Shown: positions 17,926 through 25,820 of the stretch, piece by piece | How the letters are laid out: each line of letters starts with the position of its first letter | How positions within the stretch are numbered: position 1 is the first letter of the stretch | Assembly: GCA_963704755.1 (NCBI GenBank) | Contig: OY969938.1 | Location: forward strand, 2,760,001 to 2,792,000 | From: an uncultured Chloroflexia bacterium | GTDB taxonomy: Bacteria; Chloroflexota; Anaerolineae; Anaerolineales; Anaerolineaceae | Length of the DNA: 32,000 nucleotides | Direction of reading: 5' to 3' | Notes under the pieces: model-generated | Databases searched by the model: none | What the model was told of the DNA's origin: nothing | Seen by the model: the letters and a program-made list of their open reading frames with translations, nothing else | Program-made: the position numbers and the translations under genes

Positions 17926-18053
17926 TAATCTCACGCTACCTTCCTTCGAAACATTCGAAACCGATAAGGTATTATCCGGGCTCATGTCAAGGAAATTCGT
18001 AACTGCTCACAGGGCAATCGCATTATGCCAATTTAGTCCCAACTGAGAGATAA

Positions 18054-18098
18054 TTTTGAGTGTTATTGTGGGGCTACGCCCCACAATAACACTCAAAA
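18054..18098. repeat. 45-nt perfect palindrome (21-bp stem, 3-nt loop)
   Basis: TTTTGAGTGTTATTGTGGGGC-tac-GCCCCACAATAACACTCAAAA. Its 5'-T-run...A-run-3' polarity is not terminator-like on either strand. The GT-rich arm resembles those at 2679-2720, 2754-2808 and 22411-22459. Confidence 0.75.
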
Positions 18099-18129
18099 AC
18101 ACCTAATTTCCGAACTGGCCCGAGTAGTC

Positions 18130-18165
18130 AAAATATCGCGGGTGCCGGGCACCCGCGATATTTTT
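18130..18165 (-). terminator. Intrinsic (bidirectional-type) terminator downstream of the SPFH gene
   Basis: AAAATATCGCGGGTG-ccggg-CACCCGCGATATTTT, flanked by A-run and T-run. It lies 4 nt beyond the stop codon at 18169-18171. Confidence 0.75.
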
Positions 18166-18168
18166 GGA

Positions 18169-19146
18169 TTATTCTTTTTCTGTAGGCGGATTGAGGTTTT
18201 TGCCTGTCTGGCCCATCCCCAGCGAGACCAGTCCGCTCATGCCACCCAGGTTCATGGTGTCCACAGCGCTGCTGGGCACGATCACCAGGGCTCCCTTTTC
18301 CTTCAGCCCTTCGAAGAGCATATTCATAGCCCGCAGGTGCAGGGCGGTCGGGTTGTTCTGGTAGGCCACGGAGGCCTGGGCAAAGCTATCGGCCACTTGC
18401 ATTTCCGCTTCTCCCAGGATGACCCGTGACTGGCGTTCGCGTTCGGCCTGGGCCTGGCGGCTCATCGCATCTTCGAGCGCCTGAGGGATGGTCACATCGC
18501 GGATTTCAACCGACTGGACTGAAATACCCCACGGCGTGGTGCGCTCGTCGATGATCTTCTGCAGATCCTCGTCCATTTTGGCCCGCCCGATCAGGATATC
18601 GGCCAGGGTCATCTGGCCAATGATCTCGCGCAGGGCGGTCTGGGATGCCCAGCTAATCGCGGCGCGATAGTTCTCAACTTCAAGGGCGGCTTTTTCGGCG
18701 TCCCATACCATCCAGAACAGTACCGCATCCACGTCCACCGGGACGGTGTCTTTGGTCAGGGATTTCTCGGCGTTGAAGGGCGTCACCATCACCCGGTGAT
18801 CGATCCACACCGGGGCGGTATCGATGATCGGCAGCATCCAGAACATCCCCGGCCCACGCAGGCTTTGGAATTTGCCCATGCGCAGCACAACCGCTTTCTC
18901 CCACTGCTTGGCGACCTTGAGGTAAAACAGGAAATACAAAGCCAGCAAGAACAAGACAATGACGTACCCGGATTTTATTTCCTTCGCTGCCCCATAGATC
19001 CCGGCGATCCAGAAAAGGGCAGAAACGAAAATGGCGATCTCGTTGATGTGGTATGTATTCGGCGTCCTGCCGAAGCGATCCATCGTCTGGCTGGACGATT
19101 GGGTATCCGAATTGGTTTGATTACCTTGAAAACGTTTTTTTATCAT
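18169..19146 (-). CDS. SPFH/band-7 (stomatin/slipin-like) membrane protein
   Basis: 325 aa with N-terminal TM segments followed by an SPFH core (AVVLRMGKF...TKDTVPVDVDAVLFW...VEIRDVTIPQALEDAMSRQAQAERERQSRVILGEAE). ATGA overlap with the upstream GntR gene. Confidence 0.9.
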   Translation of the reverse strand: MIKKRFQGNQTNSDTQSSSQTMDRFGRTPNTYHINEIAIFVSALFWIAGIYGAAKEIKSGYVIVLFLLALYFLFYLKVAKQWEKAVVLRMGKFQSLRGPGMFWMLPIIDTAPVWIDHRVMVTPFNAEKSLTKDTVPVDVDAVLFWMVWDAEKAALEVENYRAAISWASQTALREIIGQMTLADILIGRAKMDEDLQKIIDERTTPWGISVQSVEIRDVTIPQALEDAMSRQAQAERERQSRVILGEAEMQVADSFAQASVAYQNNPTALHLRAMNMLFEGLKEKGALVIVPSSAVDTMNLGGMSGLVSLGMGQTGKNLNPPTEKE

Positions 19147-19571
19147 TTTGTCCTCGTATTTTCGTGATCGGTCCGGGCGACTTCTCGGTCGGACCGGATA
19201 ATTTCTTCAACCGCGTCAGTGGCCTCTTGAACAGAGAAGCCCAATTTTGCGGCATTTTGCAGGTAGTCTCTGGCCAGCTCTTCCAGGCCGTCTTCATTTG
19301 GCTGCTGAGGCGGGCTCTCACCGGTCTCGTTCCAGATGTAAGTCCCGCGTCCCCGTTGAGTGGAGATCAGGCGCATCTCATCCAGGATGCGGTACGCGCG
19401 CGCCACGGTGTTGAAGTTCACGCGCAGGTCTGCGGCCAGTTGGCGCACGGTAGGGAGCTGATCGCCGGGTTTGAGCTCGCCGGTCTGCATGCTTTGTTGG
19501 ACCTGGTCCACGATCTGGGTGTAGATCGGAACGTCGGAGCGGAAGTCCAGTTTCAGCTTCAATTGGATCAT
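19143..19571 (-). CDS. GntR-family transcriptional regulator, short YtrA-like subtype
   Basis: 142 aa with a winged HTH (LPTVRQLAADLRVNFNTVARAYRILDEMRLISTQRGRGTYI) and only a short C-terminal domain. AGGGAG RBS 7 nt upstream of ATG 19571. Confidence 0.88.
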   Translation of the reverse strand: MIQLKLKLDFRSDVPIYTQIVDQVQQSMQTGELKPGDQLPTVRQLAADLRVNFNTVARAYRILDEMRLISTQRGRGTYIWNETGESPPQQPNEDGLEELARDYLQNAAKLGFSVQEATDAVEEIIRSDREVARTDHENTRTK

Positions 19572-19588
19572 TCATGGTCTCCCTTCCG

Positions 19589-19656
19589 TTGTATCTTTGT
19601 ATTATTGTATAATTGTATCATTGAATACATTGTATATCAAATTTCTTGTATGTCAA
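19589..19656 (-). promoter_or_regulatory. gntR-SPFH promoter/operator region with an 8-bp-periodic TTGTAT array
   Basis: On the minus strand: TTGACA (19651-19656), N16, TACAAT (19629-19634). On the plus strand, TTGTAT starts at 19589, 19597, 19605 and 19613 (exact 8-bp period), then TTGAAT at 19621 and TTGTAT at 19630 and 19646. Inverted repeat TGTAT-N6-ATACA at 19614-19629. Confidence 0.6.
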
Positions 19657-20005
19657 GGGGGCACGCAATATTTTTTTTTGGCTATATATTCATTAAATAA
19701 TCGACTAATGAAAAGAAGAAATGCTGCTTGTAAATGAAAAGTGAAGAATTAGAAGTAAATTCCAATCTATCTTTTAGAAAATGTTTATCTAATGATGCAA
19801 AAGGCGGTATGGTATAATCTCCTTTTGGTTTTTTGAGTTGATTTAAAAAAACAAATTGACAATCTCCTGAAACAGGGGAAAGTCTCCTAGTTTGGGGGAA
19901 ACCGCTAAGGACAAATTCCTATTTGCTGTAATTTTGAGAGCCTTACAGTTTCATGCGAATCAATATATAAATTGTTGCTATTTGGCTCAAGACATCCAGG
20001 ATAAC

Positions 20006-21127
20006 ATGCCAGAAGAACTAATTATCAAAGAATGCAAACGATGTGGTGCTCCGCTAACACATGTGGAAAATGAAATGGTGTGTGAATATTGTGGGGCCAG
20101 ATATGAACTTCCCAAAAATTTCAGGCAAAATGTCCCAACGCCTAATCCGATTACACCAGTTCACGAGCAATCAAATTTTGCCTATGAGCCTGCCAGGAAA
20201 CCTAGGAAAAGCAAGGCGATTGGATATATCGTTTTTTTACTTTTCGTAGTTGTCTTAGGTAGCGTGTTGTTGGTTGGAAAGTCCAGTATATTTACCAGCC
20301 AAGCTGGAGATACAAATGGGAAAAACAATCCCAATGCTCTAGCCGAGTTGAGCATGTATCGGCGAAATTCTTCCGCCCTACCTGATCAAAACCCGGCAGA
20401 TTTCATTCATGAAAAGACCTTTTCCTATGGGGTTATTTACAACGGTGGGGACGATAAGGCCTTTAATCTTCATATATTGGTAGAAAACCATCAAGATTTT
20501 GTAATTGACCAAAATATAAAAGCGGATAATATGCAATTAGAATCTGAAGCGGTTTCAGATAATACAAGCTTGATATATTCGTGCGAGGTCACCGATACCT
20601 CATCGCAGGATTTGGAACCAAATCAGGCTGTAAGTTTGGCATACCTACGTTGCCAGCCCATCTTGAGCCCAGAAGTGAAATTTATTACAGTAAATATTGC
20701 TTTCACAAATTGGGGTCAGCGAGAATTTCAAATTCCCATTAATATAGATATGGAAAAATTGAACGTACGTTATAAAATCGAGCGATGGAGTGATTTGGCT
20801 TCGCTGGAAATATCCTTTTATGCCGATGAACCACAACCTGTAGGCTTGTACTTTAAAGATATTTCGTTGTTAGATGGAAAGGGCACCCCTATTCAAATAG
20901 AAGCTTGCAAAGCAGGAAGCACTTTATTTGGCCCTGCAGGCGACTACTTTTCTACCCTAGCACAAAGCTACAATCATGCGGCAGATATAAATTGCACAAT
21001 CCCTCAATCAATTGATGGGGATATTAATGCTATTACACTTGTAATGACCATCCGTGGAAAAACCGTTTCGTTGACAACCCCGGTAGACACGATATCAGAT
21101 ACAATTTTATATGATACGACCGACTAA
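20006..21127 (+). CDS. Hypothetical membrane-anchored protein: N-terminal zinc ribbon, one TM helix, large extracytoplasmic domain
   Basis: ORF 19892..21127 (TTG start) trimmed to ATG 20006, which is preceded by AGGA. CKRCGAPL...CEYCG zinc ribbon, TM helix AIGYIVFLLFVVVLGSVLLVG, and about 260 aa of beta-rich sequence with no family I recognise. The gene is markedly AT-rich relative to its neighbours. Confidence 0.7.
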   Translation: MPEELIIKECKRCGAPLTHVENEMVCEYCGARYELPKNFRQNVPTPNPITPVHEQSNFAYEPARKPRKSKAIGYIVFLLFVVVLGSVLLVGKSSIFTSQAGDTNGKNNPNALAELSMYRRNSSALPDQNPADFIHEKTFSYGVIYNGGDDKAFNLHILVENHQDFVIDQNIKADNMQLESEAVSDNTSLIYSCEVTDTSSQDLEPNQAVSLAYLRCQPILSPEVKFITVNIAFTNWGQREFQIPINIDMEKLNVRYKIERWSDLASLEISFYADEPQPVGLYFKDISLLDGKGTPIQIEACKAGSTLFGPAGDYFSTLAQSYNHAADINCTIPQSIDGDINAITLVMTIRGKTVSLTTPVDTISDTILYDTTD

Positions 21128-21407
21128 GAACTGTCTCAATTCAGACAAACACCAATACATAATTTTTGATGCAATAATTTGTAAGCTTTATCTAGGTAGC
21201 AATATGGGGCATTTTCATCGCTATACATATATCCAATCGATTATAGACAGAAAATTATATTATTCTCTTTAATTGAACCTGCGCCGCTGCATGAAAGGCT
21301 CGAAAAATAACAAAAAGTTTTGCCGGTAAGAGTACTGCTGCGCTCCCAATAAATAAGAGTATCGAATAAAATTGCAATTATTAATTACCCCTCGAACTTT
21401 TTCTGGG

Positions 21408-21437
21408 TTGACATTGACGTACTCTGACGGTTATTAT
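21408..21437 (+). promoter_or_regulatory. Putative sigma-70 promoter of the methyltransferase gene
   Basis: TTGACA (21408-21413), 17-18-nt spacer, TTATTAT (21431-21437). AAGGAAAG RBS before ATG 21461. Confidence 0.5.
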
Positions 21438-21460
21438 CAATATTATAAGGAAAGCAACTG

Positions 21461-22057
21461 ATGGCCAACGAATCGGAAACCGGGGATGCGCAAGAATTCG
21501 AGCAGCGCTCGGCATCCTATGAAACTTCTTTATCACAAAGATTAATTTTTGACCCCATCCATCGCATTTTGCTAGACCAGATCCCCCCGATCCAGCCGCC
21601 GGCGGACATCCTGGATATTGGCTGCGGTACCGGGCGGCTGCTGCGTAAGATCGCCCAGCGCTGGCCCTCCGCCCACTTGATCGGCGTGGACCCGGCCGAA
21701 GGGATGATCGCGCAGGCGCGCCGCTTTGCCCCCGAGATTACTTTTTACGTCGGGCAGGCCGAATCGCTGCCCTTGCCGGATGCGTCGCTGGACCTGGTGG
21801 TCAGTACCATGTCATTCCACCATTGGCAGGATCAAGCGGACGGGATTGCTCAGGTCGCGCGGGTGTTGCGCAAAGGCGGTATTTTCGTGCTGGTTGATCT
21901 GTTGACCCCCCTCGGGTTATGGAAGGTTTTCCCCCACGGGCGGCAGGTGGAGCCTGGGCCGGTCAAAGAGATGTGCCGGCAGGCGTGTATCACCATCCAC
22001 TCTCAACGCCGTTTTAAGAGCCAGTTTATCCTGCTCAGCCTGGGCGAGCGCGACTAG
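21461..22057 (+). CDS. Class I SAM-dependent methyltransferase
   Basis: 198 aa with motif I ILDIGCGTGR, post-I IGVDPAEGM and motif II/III DLVVSTMSFHHW...GGIFVLVD. Confidence 0.9.
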   Translation: MANESETGDAQEFEQRSASYETSLSQRLIFDPIHRILLDQIPPIQPPADILDIGCGTGRLLRKIAQRWPSAHLIGVDPAEGMIAQARRFAPEITFYVGQAESLPLPDASLDLVVSTMSFHHWQDQADGIAQVARVLRKGGIFVLVDLLTPLGLWKVFPHGRQVEPGPVKEMCRQACITIHSQRRFKSQFILLSLGERD

Positions 22058-22064
22058 GCCCGGC

Positions 22065-22349
22065 TTATCCGTCCTGGTCAGGTTTCTTGGGTTCCGACTC
22101 ACCGGTTTCATCTGAGGAGAGCAATTTGCGCAATTCTTCGAACCCTTTGGGGTCGGGTGTATCCACCAGCAGCTCCTGAATGTGGGTCTGTTCCTGGACG
22201 GCCTGGTACATCTCCTGGCGCATGATAGGGATATCGCGCGGAGCTTTGATACCCAGTTTGACCCGGTCTCCCTCGACGCCCAATACGGTAACGATAATCG
22301 AATCGCCAATTGCTATGCTTTCATCCACTCGCCGGGTTAGTACTAGCAT
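22065..22349 (-). CDS. csrA: Carbon storage regulator CsrA with a long acidic C-terminal extension
   Basis: MLVLTRRVDESIAIGDSIIVTVLGVEGDRVKLGIKAPRDIPIMRQEMY is a canonical CsrA core. AAGGAG lies 5 nt upstream of ATG 22349. The GTG at 22355 in the ORF track is less likely as a start. 94 aa in total. Confidence 0.92.
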   Translation of the reverse strand: MLVLTRRVDESIAIGDSIIVTVLGVEGDRVKLGIKAPRDIPIMRQEMYQAVQEQTHIQELLVDTPDPKGFEELRKLLSSDETGESEPKKPDQDG

Positions 22350-22410
22350 AACCACTCCTTGCCTGTCACTATATGCAACCTGCTAAATTAACCTGAATTT
22401 GGGAGAAATA

Positions 22411-22459
22411 TTTCATGTTTCGTGTTTGGCGGTTTCGCCAGCAAACACGAAACATGAAA
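22411..22459. repeat. Strong hairpin (17-18-bp perfect stem) between flgL and csrA
   Basis: TTTCATGTTTCGTGTTTG (22411-22428) pairs with CAAACACGAAACATGAAA (22442-22459), with a small GC inner stem. It may terminate flgKL transcription (the minus strand has TATTT after the stem) or act as a regulatory element. Confidence 0.65.
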
Positions 22460-22611
22460 GGACTTTTAACAGGTTAAATTTTACCGCCAGGCGCGGAAAA
22501 ATTGCTCTATTGAGAGGTTATTTTAGGGTTTTTGTGGCATTTTGCTCCACTATAACCCTGTATTCCTTTGAGTTCGAGCGATTATGAGGATGTTGTTGCT
22601 GCGCCCGGCCT

Positions 22612-23496
22612 TTAGCTGAGGTAGTCGAACAGGCTTAGGGCCGAAATAGCCCGCTGGCTGACTTCAATGACCGCCTGGTAAGTGGTTTGCTGGCTGTTCA
22701 ACATCGCGATACCTTCGGCCATGTTGATGTCTTCATTTTCTGACAGCAGGCTTTTCATCTGGGTCTTGGATTGGTCCAGGTAATCGGAGACCTGATCCAC
22801 CTGGCGCATGCGCGCCCCGTTAGCGCTGCGGTAAGTGGTCACGTTATCCAACCCTTTTTGAAGTGCGTCCAGCGAATCGCGCAGGGCGTCGGTGTCGTTG
22901 TTGTCGAGCGCGTCGCGGGCGTCCATCATGGCCTTCATCAGCGGCTGAAAGGCCTGGTCACCCTGGGTATTGACTGTGACCGTTTGGCCTGGTCCCAGGT
23001 TGCGCACCATGGCTCCACTGTCGCCGGAATAGACCAGGTTGCCGTCCGTGTCGATGGAGAAGGGTTTGGTATTGATCTGGTAGCCGGAGAAGATGTATTG
23101 GCCCTTTTCGCTTGAATTGGCAGTCTCGAGCGCCTGCTGGATAAGACCGTCCAGTTCGGTGCCCAGGTCATTTTTACGCTCGTCCGCCCCCATGGTGTCG
23201 TTCAAGCCGCTGGTGACCAGGTTGATCGCCCGGGTGGCGGTGTCTTCCATCTGGCCAAAGGCATAATCGGTGGCGCTCATCCAGTCGTTCGCGTTAGCGG
23301 CCGTATCCTGATAGGATTGCAAAGTAGTCAAACTGGAATTGAGCTTTAGGCTGAGCGAAGACGCAGCAGGATTATCGGAAGGTCGTAAAAAGGATTTATT
23401 GTTGTAGACCTTTTCCTGTAATTTGTTGATGGCCTCTAAATTGCTGCTCATATGGCGGATCGCACTTTCAGTCATCATTTGGTTGGTAACGCGCAT
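22612..23496 (-). CDS. flgL: Flagellar hook-associated protein 3 (hook-filament junction)
   Basis: 294 aa with a flagellin-like N-terminus (MRVTNQMM...LQEKV...RPSDNPAA) and C-terminal helical region. Confidence 0.9.
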   Translation of the reverse strand: MRVTNQMMTESAIRHMSSNLEAINKLQEKVYNNKSFLRPSDNPAASSLSLKLNSSLTTLQSYQDTAANANDWMSATDYAFGQMEDTATRAINLVTSGLNDTMGADERKNDLGTELDGLIQQALETANSSEKGQYIFSGYQINTKPFSIDTDGNLVYSGDSGAMVRNLGPGQTVTVNTQGDQAFQPLMKAMMDARDALDNNDTDALRDSLDALQKGLDNVTTYRSANGARMRQVDQVSDYLDQSKTQMKSLLSENEDINMAEGIAMLNSQQTTYQAVIEVSQRAISALSLFDYLS

Positions 23497-23517
23497 GGAT
23501 GGCCTCTCGTTCCCGGA

Positions 23518-24927
23518 TTATAAGGTGCCCATTTTGTTGATGATAGTATCCAGCAGGTCATCATAAACCGTCATAATACGGGCAGCCGCCTGATAGCCGC
23601 GTTGGTACATCAACAAGTTGGTCGCTTCCTCGTCCTGGTTTACACCGGTGGCCGATTGGCGTTGATCGCTTAATGCCTGGGTTACCTGTTCATAATTGGA
23701 CTGGTTGGTGCTGGCCGATTGGATGGTCTGCCCCAGGCTGGTAATTTGGGAGTTATAGTAATCGTTCAGCGTGCTGGTGCCGCCATTCATGACCTTCTGG
23801 TCCTTCAATTGAGTCATCTGGGTGGCGATGTCGGAGTTGCCGGGTTCATCGGCAGCGCTGGAGGCGGCCAAGTTTTCGGCGTTCAGGTCAGGGTTGACCT
23901 TGATCGTGCCGGCGTTGATATTGCCGTCGTCGTCGCCGACGAAAAAGTTCAGCCCGGTAGAAGCGGGGTCGTCCAGGCCGAAGCCGTTCTGATGGATGGC
24001 GTTGACCTGGCTGGCCAGGTTAGAAGCCAGTTCGTTCAGCCCGTCGATTTGCCCGGGAATGATGGTATCGCGCACGGTGAACAGGCCCTTGAGCTGGCCC
24101 GAGGAAGGCGATACGACCTGGGTGATGTCATCCGCCCAGACGACCTGGTTGACGGCGGTATCGTCGGGATTGGTCTGGGTGGTCAGCTTGAACGAATCGT
24201 TGCCGGTAACCAGGGTGTGCCCGCCGATCGAAACCACCACCGCGCCGTTGGTTTGTTGGTAAGAAACCGCGCCGGCCAGGTTGGCCAGTTTATCCAGGGC
24301 CTGGTCGCGCTGGTCCAGCAGGTCGTTGGGTTGTTCTCCAATCGACATAACCCGTGAAATTTCAGTGTTCAGGCTGGCGACCTGGGCTGCCGTGTCGTTG
24401 ATATCGTCCACGGTCTGGCTGACGGCCAGGTTTTGGTCGGAGCGTAACTGGTTAAGCTGCTGCCAGCGGTCGTTGAATCCGTTGGCCAGGTTTTCGGCAT
24501 CTTTCAGCAGGTTGGTGCGCAGGCTTGTATTGCTGGCGTCGCCGGAAAGGTTCTGCCAGTCGGTCCAAAACTGGTCCATGCGTGGCAGCATCCCGGCATC
24601 GGATGATTTACCCAGGGTTGATTCCAACTGAGACAGAATGCCGCTTTGGGTCTCCCAGTTCTGGCTGTCGGCGCTCACGCTGCGGTAGCGGGTATCGAAG
24701 AAATCCAGATTAAAACGTTGGATCTGCGAGACCGTTACCCCGCCGCCGATCTGGCCGGCCGTATACCCGGAAGTAGTGGTGGGCAGGGTCGCCGAAAGGA
24801 TCGGGGCCTGGCGGTGGTAGCCGACCGTATTGGCATTGGCCACGTTGTGTTCGGTTACTTCGATCGCTTGTGAGTTGGCCAGGATGCTCTGGAGCGCAAT
24901 ATTAAGTCCAAAAGACAGGTTTGGCAT
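23518..24927 (-). CDS. flgK: Flagellar hook-associated protein 1
   Basis: 469 aa. N-terminal rod/hook motif (LNIALQSILANSQAIEVTEHNVANANTVGYHRQ) and C-terminal VNQDEEATNLLMYQRGYQAAARIM. AGGAGG RBS. Confidence 0.92.
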   Translation of the reverse strand: MPNLSFGLNIALQSILANSQAIEVTEHNVANANTVGYHRQAPILSATLPTTTSGYTAGQIGGGVTVSQIQRFNLDFFDTRYRSVSADSQNWETQSGILSQLESTLGKSSDAGMLPRMDQFWTDWQNLSGDASNTSLRTNLLKDAENLANGFNDRWQQLNQLRSDQNLAVSQTVDDINDTAAQVASLNTEISRVMSIGEQPNDLLDQRDQALDKLANLAGAVSYQQTNGAVVVSIGGHTLVTGNDSFKLTTQTNPDDTAVNQVVWADDITQVVSPSSGQLKGLFTVRDTIIPGQIDGLNELASNLASQVNAIHQNGFGLDDPASTGLNFFVGDDDGNINAGTIKVNPDLNAENLAASSAADEPGNSDIATQMTQLKDQKVMNGGTSTLNDYYNSQITSLGQTIQSASTNQSNYEQVTQALSDQRQSATGVNQDEEATNLLMYQRGYQAAARIMTVYDDLLDTIINKMGTL

Positions 24928-24936
24928 ACGCGCCTC

Positions 24937-25452
24937 CTAAGCCCGAAATTCCAGTCCCCAAACCGCAGTATCTACCGATGCGGGCTGGGCCGGCGGGCGG
25001 TAGCTTGCTTCAGGTTGGGCGAGGCTGAGCAGGAAAGACTGGGCCGCGTGCAGCCAATCCATTCGCACGCACACCAGGGCCTGGTTGGCCTGGTTCATTT
25101 CTTTTGCCTGCACGGCCAGGGTGGTGATGCCTTCACTCAGGTGATTGATGCGGATCGATTCGCGGTCGGGAATGTGAGGCAAAAGTTCGCGGATGGAGGT
25201 ATCCCCATTTTGCAATCCAAGCGCGACAGCCAGTTCCTGGACGATTTTACGGCGCTGGTCTTCGACCAGGCTGAGTTTATCCAGGAGCGCCTCTTTGTCT
25301 TCAACCAGCCCCATCAATTCCTTCTGGTTGTTCAACAGCGCTTCGCGTTCCCGGCGAGTCAAATCTAGAAAATCCTGCAGGGCTCGCAGTTGTTTGACTA
25401 ATAAATTTTCTAATTCCAGAACGTTTCCAGTGATTTTATCGTTCTCGACCAT
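24937..25452 (-). CDS. flgN: FlgN-family flagellar export chaperone
   Basis: 171-aa helical protein in the flgM-flgN-flgK-flgL position. Heptad-rich N-terminus (LELENLLVKQLRALQDFLDLTRREREALL). AGGAG RBS. Confidence 0.75.
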   Translation of the reverse strand: MVENDKITGNVLELENLLVKQLRALQDFLDLTRREREALLNNQKELMGLVEDKEALLDKLSLVEDQRRKIVQELAVALGLQNGDTSIRELLPHIPDRESIRINHLSEGITTLAVQAKEMNQANQALVCVRMDWLHAAQSFLLSLAQPEASYRPPAQPASVDTAVWGLEFRA

Positions 25453-25471
25453 TGATCACTCCTGATAGATT

Positions 25472-25771
25472 CTAAGAGCCGGGAGCGAGCCGGTTTACTA
25501 AGGTTTTTGCGACGTCGCGTATTTGAACGGTATAGTTACCGTTTTGGACTGCCTGACGCAGGGTATCCAGCTTTTTGTTATCAACCTCATCGGCGCTATC
25601 CATGCTCGCGCGCGCCTTGGCCAGCAGGCGGCCTTTGTCCGAAACGTCGGCGTGGTCATATTGTGACTGAACCAAGCTGGTCTCGTTCATCGCCGTCTTG
25701 TGGTCAACCCGCTGAGTGGGGTCCGTTCCTTGAGAGGAAAGGGATGAAACGGAATTATTTTCTACTTTCAT
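25472..25771 (-). CDS. flgM: Anti-sigma-28 factor FlgM
   Basis: 99 aa. The C-terminal KLDTLRQAVQNGNYTVQIRDVAKTLVNRL matches the FlgM sigma-28-binding helix pattern. AGGAGG RBS. A sigma-28 promoter lies upstream. Confidence 0.85.
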   Translation of the reverse strand: MKVENNSVSSLSSQGTDPTQRVDHKTAMNETSLVQSQYDHADVSDKGRLLAKARASMDSADEVDNKKLDTLRQAVQNGNYTVQIRDVAKTLVNRLAPGS

Positions 25772-25820
25772 GGATACAACCTCCTGAGGTCATTGCGAAC
25801 GATAAATCACTGTAATGACA

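Noticed and set aside
17434-17928. Plus-strand ORF 17434..17928
   Set aside because: It is antisense to the well-supported polytopic acyltransferase. Its charged low-complexity translation has no motifs.
19892-20005. TTG start at 19892 for the zinc-ribbon protein
   Set aside because: There is no RBS and the 38-aa extension is uninformative. ATG 20006 has an AGGA 4 nt upstream and places the zinc ribbon at the N-terminus. The extension cannot be strictly excluded.
22356-22611. Degenerate fliW gene or remnant between flgL and csrA
   Set aside because: The gap is only 256 bp and fliW needs about 430 bp. All three minus-strand frames contain early stops and show no FliW-like sequence.
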